Translations under genes and position numbers: made by a program
Source of the DNA: Takakia lepidozioides
Lineage: Eukaryota; Plantae; Bryophyta
Length of the DNA: 64,000 nucleotides
Reading direction: 5' to 3'
Assembly (NCBI GenBank): GCA_030704615.1
Contig: CM060734.1
Coordinates: forward strand, 10,354,001 to 10,418,000
The notes under the pieces: model-generated
The model's database searches: none
What the model was told of the DNA's origin: nothing
The model's input: only the letters and a program-made list of their open reading frames with translations
In this document: in pieces, positions 22,620-34,195 of the stretch
How positions within the stretch are numbered: position 1 is the first letter of the stretch
Layout of the letters: each line of letters begins with the position of its first letter

Positions 22620-24720
22620 ATTTCCCGCACTGGCAAATGACCTACTGTCGTGTTTGCCTGCAATCTTTCTTATTCATGAAGCAACAGCGCTCATAAGGTG
22701 ATGGGGGAAGTATCATGCACTTTGTAAATATGCAATTTGTCCTCAAGTATCCCAATTTGTTGCATTCTGTTGTGATCTCTTGAGATTCAGGTGTTGAATG
22801 CCGCAGCGTCCCACTCCACAAACGAATAAAGTTCTTTGTGGTGTCGCATCTATGTTTTACTTTTGATCAATTTGCTCGCTGTAGAATGCATGTTGGACAT
22901 GGATAGCAACTGTGAAGACCTGCTACTCACCTCGTGCATCCTCACTAACACACATCTTGATGTGGTGGTTTTTGGGACGGGCACATGTGAGGGTCTTCAC
23001 TTGATGTGTATTTTTTCAGTTTGCAGATGATCAAAGGACTTGGTGATGGTGACGATTGACGTTACATATTGCTTCAGTGGGGCATCTGATACGATTCGGC
23101 CTCTCAACCTTAATCCGTTTTGGTTTTTATGGGTTGTAACCTGATTATAAGTCAGTTTTCTGGTATGATACCAGTCTGAACTTTGGCACCAGGGTTTTCG
23201 ACCTGATTGTAAATCAGTTTTCTGGAATGATACCAATCTGAGCTTCGGCTACATTTTGATATGGTGCTGGAGTACCATCTCCAGACCTTATAAGGCTATC
23301 CAATGATGCTTAAGATAGGCCTTCTTATGCTGATTTAACATGGTAAGTACCAAGCGGTACTTTTTGAACATTGAGGTCAGAGTTCTAAATTTAAAACAGC
23401 CCTGGTTACACTGTTTTAACTTAGAGATTACCAAGCAGCTGGCGTGATGGGCTTTTCAGATTACATAACACCTGTTTTAAGGTTGCCAAGCGATGCCATT
23501 GGAACCATCCTTTGAATTTGAAACAGGTTCAGTTTTACTATGTTAACTTGGAAAGTACCAAGCTGTACTTGACTTGGAAGAATACCAAGCAGTGGTCTTG
23601 TTGGGCTTTTTCAAAATACATAGGGGCTGGTTTAACTTATCAAACTAGCCTTTTGGAATACCCTTTGAGCTGGTATTGTCTATAAAGTTCTGAATATGCT
23701 CATTGTAGCACTCCACTCTGATTGAGTTTTGGAGAGATGATTGGAAAACCAGATCCAGACCTTTGTGCATTCATGGAACATAGACATAGCATGCTGGCTG
23801 GTCTACATTATCAGGCTGGGCTCTTGGAATTGCAACACCTGCAACTCATTTTTAAAGGCTCAAGTGTTTATGCAGATCTGGTATGTACCAAAGGTGGTGT
23901 TGGTCCCGATTGTTTTATAAGAAAAACAAGACTCCTTCAATGATGAATGACATCTGAATCTAGGGTGATGGTTGTCTTGGAGATCCCACCCTCCCACCCT
24001 AATTTTTCATGTGTTTTCAGGAAGATGACATGAGTTTTTATCAGGTAAGGTACTGCCTATGGAAGGTGAAGTTAGATAGTGCCTTGTTATGAGGCTGATT
24101 TGTCGTTAATTTGACAAAGACCTTGTTTGGTCTTGTCCATGTCCCGACAAGACATAGTATCTTCCCTCTCTATTCTTGACCAGTGTACTTAGTGGTTTCT
24201 GTACACACACTCTCTCTCTCTCACCTGCCATTTTCCAGTTTTCTTACTATGATGTACTAACACCTTTAATGGCTTTTGTAGAGGTCTAGGAAAGCCATGG
24301 GGTATCAGCCCCCTATACCACCATAACAATAGTGTGGAGCAACAAATCCCTCATAAGGTATGATGATCCTCTCCAACAAAAATTTGTTGGCGGATTGGAC
24401 AACGAGAGAAAGACATTGCTGATATTACTTGAAGAACATCTAAGGGTTTCTTGCATACTGATATTATGAGCTAGGCCCGGGTAAAACAGCCTGTTAGAGT
24501 ATGTGTGTACACCTTCTACATGATCCGGTCAATGCACATTACTCATGTTAACTGGTAACCTGTAGTTGATGCCTTATGTCAGCATCAGATCCCTTATGAT
24601 GAAAAGCCTTCCCTACTCGTGGGCTTTAATACTTCTCCTGGATGTGGGTTTGCTCTTTATAGCACCACTAAAAAAATGCCCAGGTGTAATGTGATATGTC
24701 CTTTTTCATACCTTAAGGAA
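22620..24720 (+). repeat. Diverged copy of the repeat that forms the 2.65-kb tandem unit
   Basis: 23980-24670 aligns with ~35020-35750 (e.g. gccttgttatgaggctgatttgtcgttaat; tacatgatccggtca.tgcacattactc). Confidence 0.65.
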
Positions 24721-25329
24721 ATCTGGTTTTAAAACCATAAAGCTGGCTAATATGGTGAAAAGATGGGCATCAAATTGCTGCCAATGCTCTTATTCACATG
24801 TTCATGTTGTGAATCACGGGCAGTAGACTATTGCCACTGGCTGAAGAACACAAGTTCTTATTCATACCTTTGGAAAAACGGTTCTAACCATAAAGTTGGC
24901 TGATATGGTGGAAAAATGTGCAGTAATTTACCGCCAGCGAACACCTGTAATTTCTGAACTCTTGCGTGCCCAACTATATGATGTTTTTGTCCATGTTTTC
25001 TCTTGACTTGGAAGCAAGACTGTAGCTTTTTAACCAAAGATAAAACTACAATCGCACGAGATCCTTCCTTGGTCTCTACTTCTTTACCAGAGCTTGTTGA
25101 CAAGATAAGAGGTAACATGGAAAACGCATGACTCTATATTCTTGCCAAGTTTGATTTATGCTATGCCTAGCGCCGCAGAGGAGGCACGCCACGAAAAATG
25201 TACTGATTTGGCCATGTTTGTTGTCGGCATGTCGGGGTCGGAGTCCAGACACATTTCTTGCACATGCACATGTTGAGGTTACAAGCAAGTTACAATAATG
25301 AGTAGCATAATATTCACGGGACGCGAATT

Positions 25330-26060
25330 CGTCCAACTCACCTCCCGCATATAGCCACCGAATTGGAGGAAACGATAATGCCACCATGCTAGCCAACTGA
25401 CCATTGCTCCCTCGTCTGATTTCTTTACAGCACCTGACGTTGTCCTACCAAGCTCGTATACATGCAAATTGTGTGTCTCTGCATCATCCAAGGTGGGAGC
25501 ACGCTTCCCCCAAGACAATGGAATGGTGCTCCTTTCTGAAATCTGGCGCCACGAGCCGGGTTGTGTACTGCGACAAGCTCTGCAAAAAATGGAACCCACA
25601 AGATCTCTCCTTGCCTTCCATCGGAACATTGGGGTCTTCCCGTACACCCTTCGGATGGCAGCCCAATTTGCTTGTGCGTTTCCCGCCATGAAACCACGGA
25701 AATTGGGAGGGGGCAATCCCGCCCTGGCCATCTGTTCGTTTATTTTCCCTGCCAAAGAAGCATCTCCGATTGTGTGTCATCTCCTTTCATCTCACAAATA
25801 GCAATTGTCATTAGTATCCTGCAGTGGGTGTCGTAGACATGTGCAGCCATTGTCACCCACTAATTCATTTGATATGGTCGAACATGACCCAACTGTTTGA
25901 CAAGTCCCCACTCGTCATCCGGTCGACCAGTTCAACGCCGCTGCCAGGCCTACACGTCGACATTTTGAATACAAAACAATGATCTGCCTCAGTCCCTTGT
26001 CCAATAAACCTACTTCCATGATGTAGTCATATACACATCGTTGCTTCAGCCCAGAATGAA
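25330..26060 (-). pseudogene. Second MULE transposase relic, DDE core, inverted relative to its C-terminal half
   Basis: Minus-strand VYDYI, WVMFDHIK, PNFRGFMAGNAQAN, ERSCGFHF and WLAWWHYRF are homologous to 19800-20490. Frameshifted. Confidence 0.8.
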
Positions 26061-26097
26061 GTGCATATCCGAGCCACCCCCAATTTTCTGTTTGCAG

Positions 26098-27626
26098 GAG
26101 AAAAATGTGGTTTCGGACATTCAGTGAACAGACGTGGGACACTGACTCCAGCAATGCCTCCATTTCCTTCTCATCGAGAGGACTCTGTCGAAGCCGTCTT
26201 CCGACATAATTCTGGCCAATGCCATCTTATGGGCGGCCTGCAGCTGTATCTGTTTGGGTTTTTCACCAGGTCCACCAGCTCGTTCTGGTGGACATCCTCA
26301 CTGCCACAACGGAGAACATTGTCAGGTCAATTATGCAGCAATGCAGGTACAACGAGTTCTTGAAGGGGAACAGTGGGGCTTGGGGCCGGACAGGCAGGAA
26401 ATGCTGATGCGCGGACTGCCTCCAGATGGAAGAATCCTCGCAAGTGGCGGCAGCTTGTTGAGAGGGCCTTCGGGACACGCCATTGCTTCGAAGAGGCCAA
26501 CACTTGGAAGGAGATGTTCACACCCGTCCAGTGAGACGAAGACTTAACGAGGCACCTGGCGGAGAAGATGATTCATGGCGAACTGACAAGAATATTCGCA
26601 CGCTCCCTCGTGGTCCCGTTGGCAAATAGATTCCAACGAAGGAGACGTACGATCCGAAGCTCTTCAAGTCCTGCACGTTCAAGATCGCCATCTCTTTTGA
26701 GCACAGGGCACGTGCCCGAGGAACATAACGAGCCATCTGTAGTAACGCAGTACAACATACCCATTGTGGAGACAAGAGTGTCGGAGTCACAGTGGAGAAT
26801 TGCAAGGACATTGCCGGCATTTCGAGGGAAGTGCTGCGCCATCCGGGTGGATACCAGAGCACGCTGTGGTGAGATGATTCGGAGGAACCCACACGGTGCT
26901 GTACCTGCACCTTGTTTCAGCGGCAGATTTTTGACTCCCACATTCTCTCACGCCACAACGCAGACGTTTTGGTTCTGTAGGCTTGACATAATGACCTGTG
27001 TATTTGGCAAGCCCAAGTACGGGATTCAGGGAATGCCAGAGCCTCCAGGCGTCTGGCGTGTTGCACCGGGTTGCAATCTCTCTCAGAATGAGGCGGATGC
27101 TCTTTCTGCAGCAGGATTTCGAATGGTGCAACGCACAGACGTCTCGGCCCACTCGTTTCCAGTTCCTCAGACCCAGCCATTGCAGATTGCTCGCTCCAGT
27201 AGAGACGGATTGGACAATTCTGCACATCCCACAATGCGATTCGGAAGAGTGAAGAGATGACACCCTCCCAACAAGTTGAATGAGACTCGGATTGCCAATG
27301 CTCTTGGGATGGCTTGCACTATTCAGAGCTCCGTGGACGTACCCCCACCTGGCCTTGGGCGTGTTTATCGGATGGCAATGGCCGGCTCAGCTATACGCGA
27401 CGACGTATACACAATTACGATTGGAGTGGAGCCAACTTGCAATTGCACGGACTTCTCGTTGATGGAAGCAAAGAAGGGTTCAAAATATTATCCGTGCAAG
27501 CATCTGTATTACATTTACCTGAAGAGGTTGAGGATGAACTTGACTATTGATGACTTTATTCATGCACCAGCGTTGAGCGTGAACGAGCTGCACAAACTCC
27601 TCCGCCGGGATTCAAGAAATCATTGA
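26098..27626 (+). pseudogene. Second MULE transposase relic, C-terminal half with SWIM finger
   Basis: ATTENIVRSIMQQCRYNEFLKG, GPDRQEM, PAPCFSG..FWFC and CNCTDF..PCKHLYYIY parallel 20700-21989. Confidence 0.8.
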
Positions 27627-28269
27627 TGGGGCAAAGGGAATCCACCATATGGATATTTGCAATTGCATTTTGTTGCATTAGACTTTGTTTTGCAGTGTAA
27701 TGAAATGCACCCCAAAACTCCTGGAATGAGACAGACAATATTAAAGTGATGTCTTTTAAACACTTGTACTGCTGGATATCCATTGACGTCCAGTGGCATA
27801 ACAGACCGACAGAGGTGGGGGAGCTGGAATCGGCGAGCTCGTCTTGCGAGGAAAGGGAAGACAGATGGGAGGGTTTGAAGGTGCAAGGAAAGCAAGGTAA
27901 ACGAAAGAGAAGGGATCCCTAGCTCACCTCTAGAAGACGCACGGCCAAGGGCGAGCAACTCAATGTCGGAGCTTGGGAGATTCACAGCCGCGGCAAAAAA
28001 CAAACGGCGCACGAAGCGCGCCTTCCTCCGAGCTCCCCCACGACGAGGTGACCTCCGCACCTCTCACCCTCTTGTTCAAATTGTACCTTGCAAGCTGAGT
28101 GAAGAGGAGAGGGAGAGGGAGCTGGGCCCTGAGAGAGAGAAGGAGGTCGCTTGACGATTTTGATTTTTTTTTTAATTAACGATGGTAATCAAACAAATCG
28201 AAATTAGTAAAAGGTTAATCCCATCGCTGTGTAGTTGCGACCCCTTTGGGGTCGCTTTTAGTGCAGCTG

Positions 28270-28790
28270 CATGCACCCATTTCCCGTCGTTTTCTATTAG
28301 CGACCGCTCTGCCAGCAAAAACACATTTGCTAAGGTGGGTTGGGCCGCTTGTAGGAGAGTTGCATCCCAAACCATTCTCCTCGGCTCATTGTCCAATATC
28401 CCATACCAGAATTGGACTGCCTGAGCTTCCGTAACCCCTTGGGTTACATTTATCAAGCGCCTCATGCGAGTGAAAGCCTCCCTCAAGCTCTCAGTAGGCT
28501 TCCGTTGGAACTCTTGCAAGCTCCGCAACTTCTCTGTCCTCACCCCTTGGTAGTTCCCTCTCAACTCTTCAAAAAACTCCACAACAGGGTTGAAGGCACG
28601 GGTACTGGTGCTGGTGCGGCAGTGGCTTGGGTGGACGTCGTAGCTACGGTACCACTAGTCCCACTGCTGCTTGTTGAAGCTGCTGGTGCAGCTGCCGGTG
28701 TGGCTACTGCCCTTGTGCCTCTAGTGATGGCAACTAGGGTGACCAGTACATCCTCCACTCCTCGATCTCAACCTCATGCCCCCGCCTAAA
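28270..28790 (-). mobile_element. gag fragment of the DNMT-gypsy family
   Basis: EFFEELRGNYQGVRTEKLRSLQEFQRK...AQAVQFWYG is nearly identical to 4455-4730. Confidence 0.85.
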
Positions 28791-29813
28791 CTCATGGTAA
28801 TCATTTCACACAGAATTGTATGGAAACTTGCACATCCTGCCATTTGTGGCAAGTATGAATCCTTGCGAGGATGATGATGCAAGAAGAATATTGTGAAGAG
28901 ACTGTGTTGGTAGAGGTGTGAGGGAATATTTATTCGGAGAGACAAAGCCAGGAAGTTGTGTCGATGACATTGAAATCTGGAGACAACACGATTGCGGAGC
29001 TCACGGTGCTCAACGTTGAAGAGGCTGGACTTCCATATCTGCAAGAAGGGCTCTATTAGAGCTGATGGGAGTCTTTCACTACAGTGGTCATATTTTTTGA
29101 AAAAGTCAAACTATGGCACTGCGCGTTTAAGGATTAAGAATTGAAGTTGGTAGATGGATCTCAAATTCTCTTCTAATTCTTGTGTCATCGTAGGTGTAAT
29201 ATGTGAAGGAGCCAATATATAGAGCAGTTTCATTAAGGAGGGATTCTCTTGAAGGTCCCAGAAAAAAACGCGGAGGGTTGGACGAATGGGGTGGTGTAGA
29301 AAGGGGTGTGGGTAGGGGTAATTTGTCTTGTGAGGTATGAAGGAAAGCCCCAAAGATGGGATGCTAGGGAGTTTTGTGGCTCGCCATCTCACCCATGTTG
29401 TAGTTGGTGGGCTGCAGGTAGGTATAGCCATATGGTATAGCTATTGACCTATAACATATGGAGTTCACTAGTTGATTTTTTACATAGTTTTACTTTCTAG
29501 ATAGTTCTACTATTGTATTGTCCGAAGGGCTTGCCATCTTGAGTTCACTTGACTTAGTCTCCGTGGGGCTAGCCATCTCGAGTTCATTAGTTGACTTTCT
29601 AGATAGTTATGGGCTGAGAAGTTGCCACAACCAAGAGTATCTCCTGCAGCACGGCAAAGACACCAAGCTGGCACCAATATAGTCCTGCCGTGAAGAGTGG
29701 GGCCCAAACTAAACCCCAACGGTGCAATACCGCTAAATAATTTGTGGTGGGGCTACTCAAATTGGCATTTGCCTATATGGTGGGCTCCAAACGTGGCCCA
29801 ATCCTTTTCCTAA

Positions 29814-30093
29814 TGTCAAGTTATTTCACCACTAGTGTGAAACTAGCTAGAAAATAGCTAGCTTTTATATATTGACATTTGGGTCAAGGCAGATTTAGGC
29901 CCTGGAGTGGTTATCTTCACGGCAAGCACGGGGAGGCTCATCTTTCTCGAGTTGAGCCTCACCGCACCTAGCTATGGCGCTGTAGTATGGATTCCCCATA
30001 GCATGGGGTGTACTTGGCTTGACTTTATATGAGTGATGATTTCATGTGCAAAGTTTGTGAGCTCAAGAGAGCTTGTATTCTTCTTGTTTATCA
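29814..30093 (+). repeat. A1 terminal repeat
   Basis: Homologous to the reverse complement of 39687-40001; the similarity stops at ...tatca. Confidence 0.85.
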
Positions 30094-32919
30094 CTCGAGA
30101 AAGATGAGCTCGTATCTGTGAGTACCAGATACGAGTTAGTTGTAGCACTTGTGGTTTTTGCTTGAAAATGAGAGAAATCAGGTTGTTATGCAAGGAGCAC
30201 CGTGGAGCTCTTGGTTGTTAGAAGCGGAGGCGATGCTGGTTACGAGCAAGGTGGACCTTAGAAAGAAGGAAGGGCTGATTTCTCTTATGTGGGAGTAGTG
30301 CTTGTGTTGAGCATGCATTCAGCCTAGTTAGGCCTCCACCTTTAAGCTATGGAGAGCTAGCAGGGAAGGTAAGGGGCTGATTTGCTCTTAGGTGATAGTC
30401 CGGCACTTGTAGAGCATGTTTTGAGTTGCGGTTTCAACTTCAAGCCTAGATAGAGCATGGCTCTTGAAGTGGCAGGTGTAGGGAGCTGGATTAGGCTCTA
30501 AGATACATGTTATGGCCAAGGAGAGCGCATGAATTAGTGCTTACAAGGGCTGGAAACCAGCAAGGCATGGTTGCTTGTCATGGTCTTGAGTGGCGTGTTT
30601 GGGGAGTTTAAGTAAGAAAGAGGGCATGGATTGTGGCAAACATCTTCCTCATGACTTAGAGCTACTATTGGTGGTGTGTGGGAGTCGAAGAGAGCAAGAA
30701 TACATTGCTGATTTCTTCACAGCCGCCATAGCTCGGTGCAAGGAAGCCTAGAGTTCAAGGAGATACAAACCCTAGCTTGGTGTGGCTAAACCCCTTGGAG
30801 AAATGGCTAAACTGCCATGAGCGGCCATGGAGGGGGCTGTGACCTGTGACCTATGTGGGGTTGTGACCCTGTGCCGACCTTGGGACGGCATGTGTTGACC
30901 TCGGTGTGGACTGTGCTGGCTTGTGGTGGCCCGTGTTGGCCTGTGTGTGGCTGTGCCGACCTGTGGACGGCCTGTGTTGGTTTGTGGAGGTTTGTTTGAA
31001 CCTTCAGTGGATGGCGTGGTTTCCTGAGGTGGTCCATTCTTAGGAATGATTGAAGGACACAATGAGGCACTGGTGGACTGCCTGAGGACTGGCATGTGGC
31101 CTTGAAGGCCAAATTTCGAAGCTCGTGGAGGGCGGTTTGAGGAGTATCTACGGGATACTCCCCAAGGTCATACAAGTGAGGGAAGAGATAAGAGGGGGAG
31201 TATTGGGATGAGAGCATGCTGGGGATATGCATTGCTTTAGCTTCTCTTCCTTGTAGTTTTCCATCCTCTCCGTAGGCCGAGACCTTTCCGTAGGTGGAGG
31301 CAAGAGTCAGTCCGGGTTTGGGCTGGGGTGTCATTGCAGGAGTGACACTGTGGAGATATTTTTGGTGTGGGGTAGTTGTTGCTTTGATTTCTTGTGTTTG
31401 GATCCTCTCCACACCTGCATGCTTGACTGTGCTCCATGTTAGTTTTGTGTGGGCGCTTGCTTTTATAGGTGATTGGTCCGGATTTGATCACTGGCCAGTC
31501 CTAGAGCGTGCTGTCGATGGTGAGGTTGGGGTGATGACCAGTCAGACCATCATTGTTTCTCCTGTGGTGAGGTTGGAGGTGATGACCAGCCAACCATAGG
31601 AGTGCTTGCGGTGGATGCAGGTGCAGGTGCAGGTGCAGGCTATGTTAGGAACCTAGTATTCCAAACCATAAGCCGCAACAGGTTCTCTACGCGGTTACCT
31701 TGTAGAAAGGGGGATCAGGAACATGTTCATGACTAGTTGAGTGTTAGTTTGTCAACACGGAGGTGCCACTAGGTGCTGAGGAGAGTGCCGGTTCGAGCAC
31801 TAGCGATACTAGTGGGTATACGAGACGAGGTATGCGGTTTAGGCCACCTTCACCTCCTATGTCTTCCAAGGAAGGTTCTGATTCAGACTCTGAATCAGGA
31901 GACTTCACGCCGACGGTGCAAGTTACTTCCTTGCCATTGTTGTGGGATACAATGGAGGAGATGTATGGAGCTACCAAGGGGCCACGTAGGTACTCTGGAG
32001 CAGTGGGCACCATTGAGCTGGACGATTTTATCCAAAAGTTTGATAGCTCCTGCTCTGGCATTGGTGTCAGCTCCCGCCGCGCGCTCTCCCAGCCCCGGCC
32101 TGACCGCAACTATTTCAAGGAAGATAAGGGAGTGCATGCTTTGGAAGACTCGCCACCGTGCAAAGTCGCTGCCTAGCAACCTGTGCGCTTTCCACATGCC
32201 TGGGCCATGTTCACTTTCACTGAAGTCGAACTGCAGAGGCTGGGTGCCACCAGTCTCGCAGTTTCAATTCTCGAGTTACATTCCTTCCCGGCCGGGTGTT
32301 CCTCTGGCGGGATGGTCGGATCAGAGCAGGCTCGGGGGATGACACGGCGTGAGTTGGCCATTAGACTACAGCCGGATCATCCTATAGATGGCTCACTGAT
32401 GCGAGCCAAGGCCATTGTGACAGACGCGGTCTCTTACGATGTCCTCGTTGGTGGGGCAGTGTTATATCCCATGGGCTTCACCCTGGATTTTTGGGAGGAG
32501 TCAGCATCCTACAAGCCTGGATGGCAGTCAGGGGATGGTCGTCGTGTACAGCTCCCTGTGACATTCATTGGGGGTGCTGCTGCTGCCCAGCGGGGCAAGA
32601 TGCCAACACTAGCCGCCTTCACAGCTGCAGTTAGTTGGCCTGGAGAGTTGCTGGAGGGCAATGCCCATGCAGAGGATGTGCCACCTCCAGCAGAGCAGGA
32701 TGACATGCATGGTACGGCAGAGTTGCCTGCCATGGTTGCTCACAGACCATTGTGGGGTACGAGCAAGGATTTGCAGCAGGCTGCAGATAGACGGGTGCAA
32801 CAAGCCTGGGTAGAGGCCTTTGTACCGTCAGGAGAGGAGGAGAGTGCGGTGATTGCACCGGGACCACCTCAGTTGTCGCCATTGGACACCACACCTCTTG
32901 TGTGGCAGTGCCCGGATGA

Positions 32920-33870
32920 AGGCATATGCCTTCTGGACTTGTTTGGCGGGATCAGCACTAGATTGGCTGCAGTGCTGCAGGCAGGTGTACGAGTTCGACG
33001 TTACCTATATGTAGAGAGGGATGAGACTGCACGACGCGTCTCACTGCGCCATGTTGCTCAATTGGTGCAGCAGTACCCTGATTTGTTGCCAGTGTCTGCA
33101 GTTCGTGGATACCAACAAGCCTTGCCAGCAGACATCTCTTTGCTGGGGGTGCATGATTTGGAGCGGGTTGGCCCTATTCACTTAGTAGTGGCAGGTTGGC
33201 CCTGCCAAGGGCTTTCAACAGCTGGGTATGGCAATGGGTTACAAGACTCAAGGTCACGCCTGTTTTGGGAGATGTTGGGGGTCCTGCGCTATTTACAGCT
33301 TCAGCAGACAGACTCTCCGGCATATATCTTGGAGAATGTGCCATTGATGGGTGATTCTCGGGCCAAGGTGATGGCCAGTGTACATCAAGTGCGGTCTTGG
33401 CTTGGGTCAGCAGTGTTGCTGGATGCAGCTGTAGCGGGTCACGGGCTCATCGCCCACAACTATGGTGGACCAACTTGATGCCACCTGCATTGCTCAAGCG
33501 TGCATTTGATGGGGGTGCAGTGGCCACCAAACCTGACGGTGGATAGCATTTTGGACATAGGGAGGCAGTCTCAGCGTGTGAGACACGATGACCAATCACC
33601 TTTGGCAGTGGTCAATAAGGTGGGTCACCCACGAACCACATTGCCTACACTGCTCAGCTTTCCAAGATCTCATGCTTTTCGGGATGGTGGACCTGGCCTC
33701 TTGTGGGATAGCCAGTTGCAGCAAATAGTGGAGCCCAATGCTGACGAGCGCGAGCGGGCGATGGGTTTCACCACTGGTACCACGGCGGTGCCATCTCTTT
33801 CTGAGGCATCACGTCGTCAGGTGTTGGGGCAAGCAATGGATCTCAATTGCTTGACCTGGATTATCAGCTT
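32920..33870 (+). pseudogene. Dnmt3-like C5 cytosine methyltransferase domain within pol (one frameshift at ~33435)
   Basis: Motif I LDLFGGI, II YVERD, IV GWPCQGLS, VI ILENV, VIII DAA..GSRAHRPQLWWTNL, X RQVLGQAMD. Confidence 0.92.
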
Positions 33871-34195
33871 GGCTATGGCTGAGCAGCGCAGAGTACGGAG
33901 TACACTTCCCTTGATGGTCTCCCTACCTACTCAGATGGTACAGGCAGCGAGTGGGGGCGAACAGGTGAGGACCACAAGGTGCAGGCCGCATCCATGGCAC
34001 ACGTGGGAGGAGCTCAAGGTTCAAAAGGAGTTGGCAGCCAAGGCGGCCGTGATGGATGAGGTTGGGGATTTTTCTCAGGTTGAGGAGGTCCTCAAGGATA
34101 GGATGATGGCAGGATGAGACATTGTCACTGATAGAGGAGGCAGTGGTCACTGCTCATGAGGTTGCAGCATAGAAACCATGGGATGCGTCTTCTAC

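Larger units (their letters stand above)
29814..34195 (+). mobile_element. DNMT-gypsy copy, 5' half: A1 repeat, long leader, gag start, deletion, protease C-terminus, C5-MTase
   Basis: Begins TGTCAAG. gag N-terminus at 31763-32046; retropepsin tail YDVLVG at ~32435; DNMT at 32920-33870. Truncated at the tandem repeat. Confidence 0.85.

Noticed and set aside
31673-31700. LTR end plus PBS at CCGCAACA (also ~3748-3755)
   Set aside because: The motif is conserved in two copies, but no recognisable tRNA PBS follows and there is no matching 3' LTR. It remains the main alternative to the split-repeat model.
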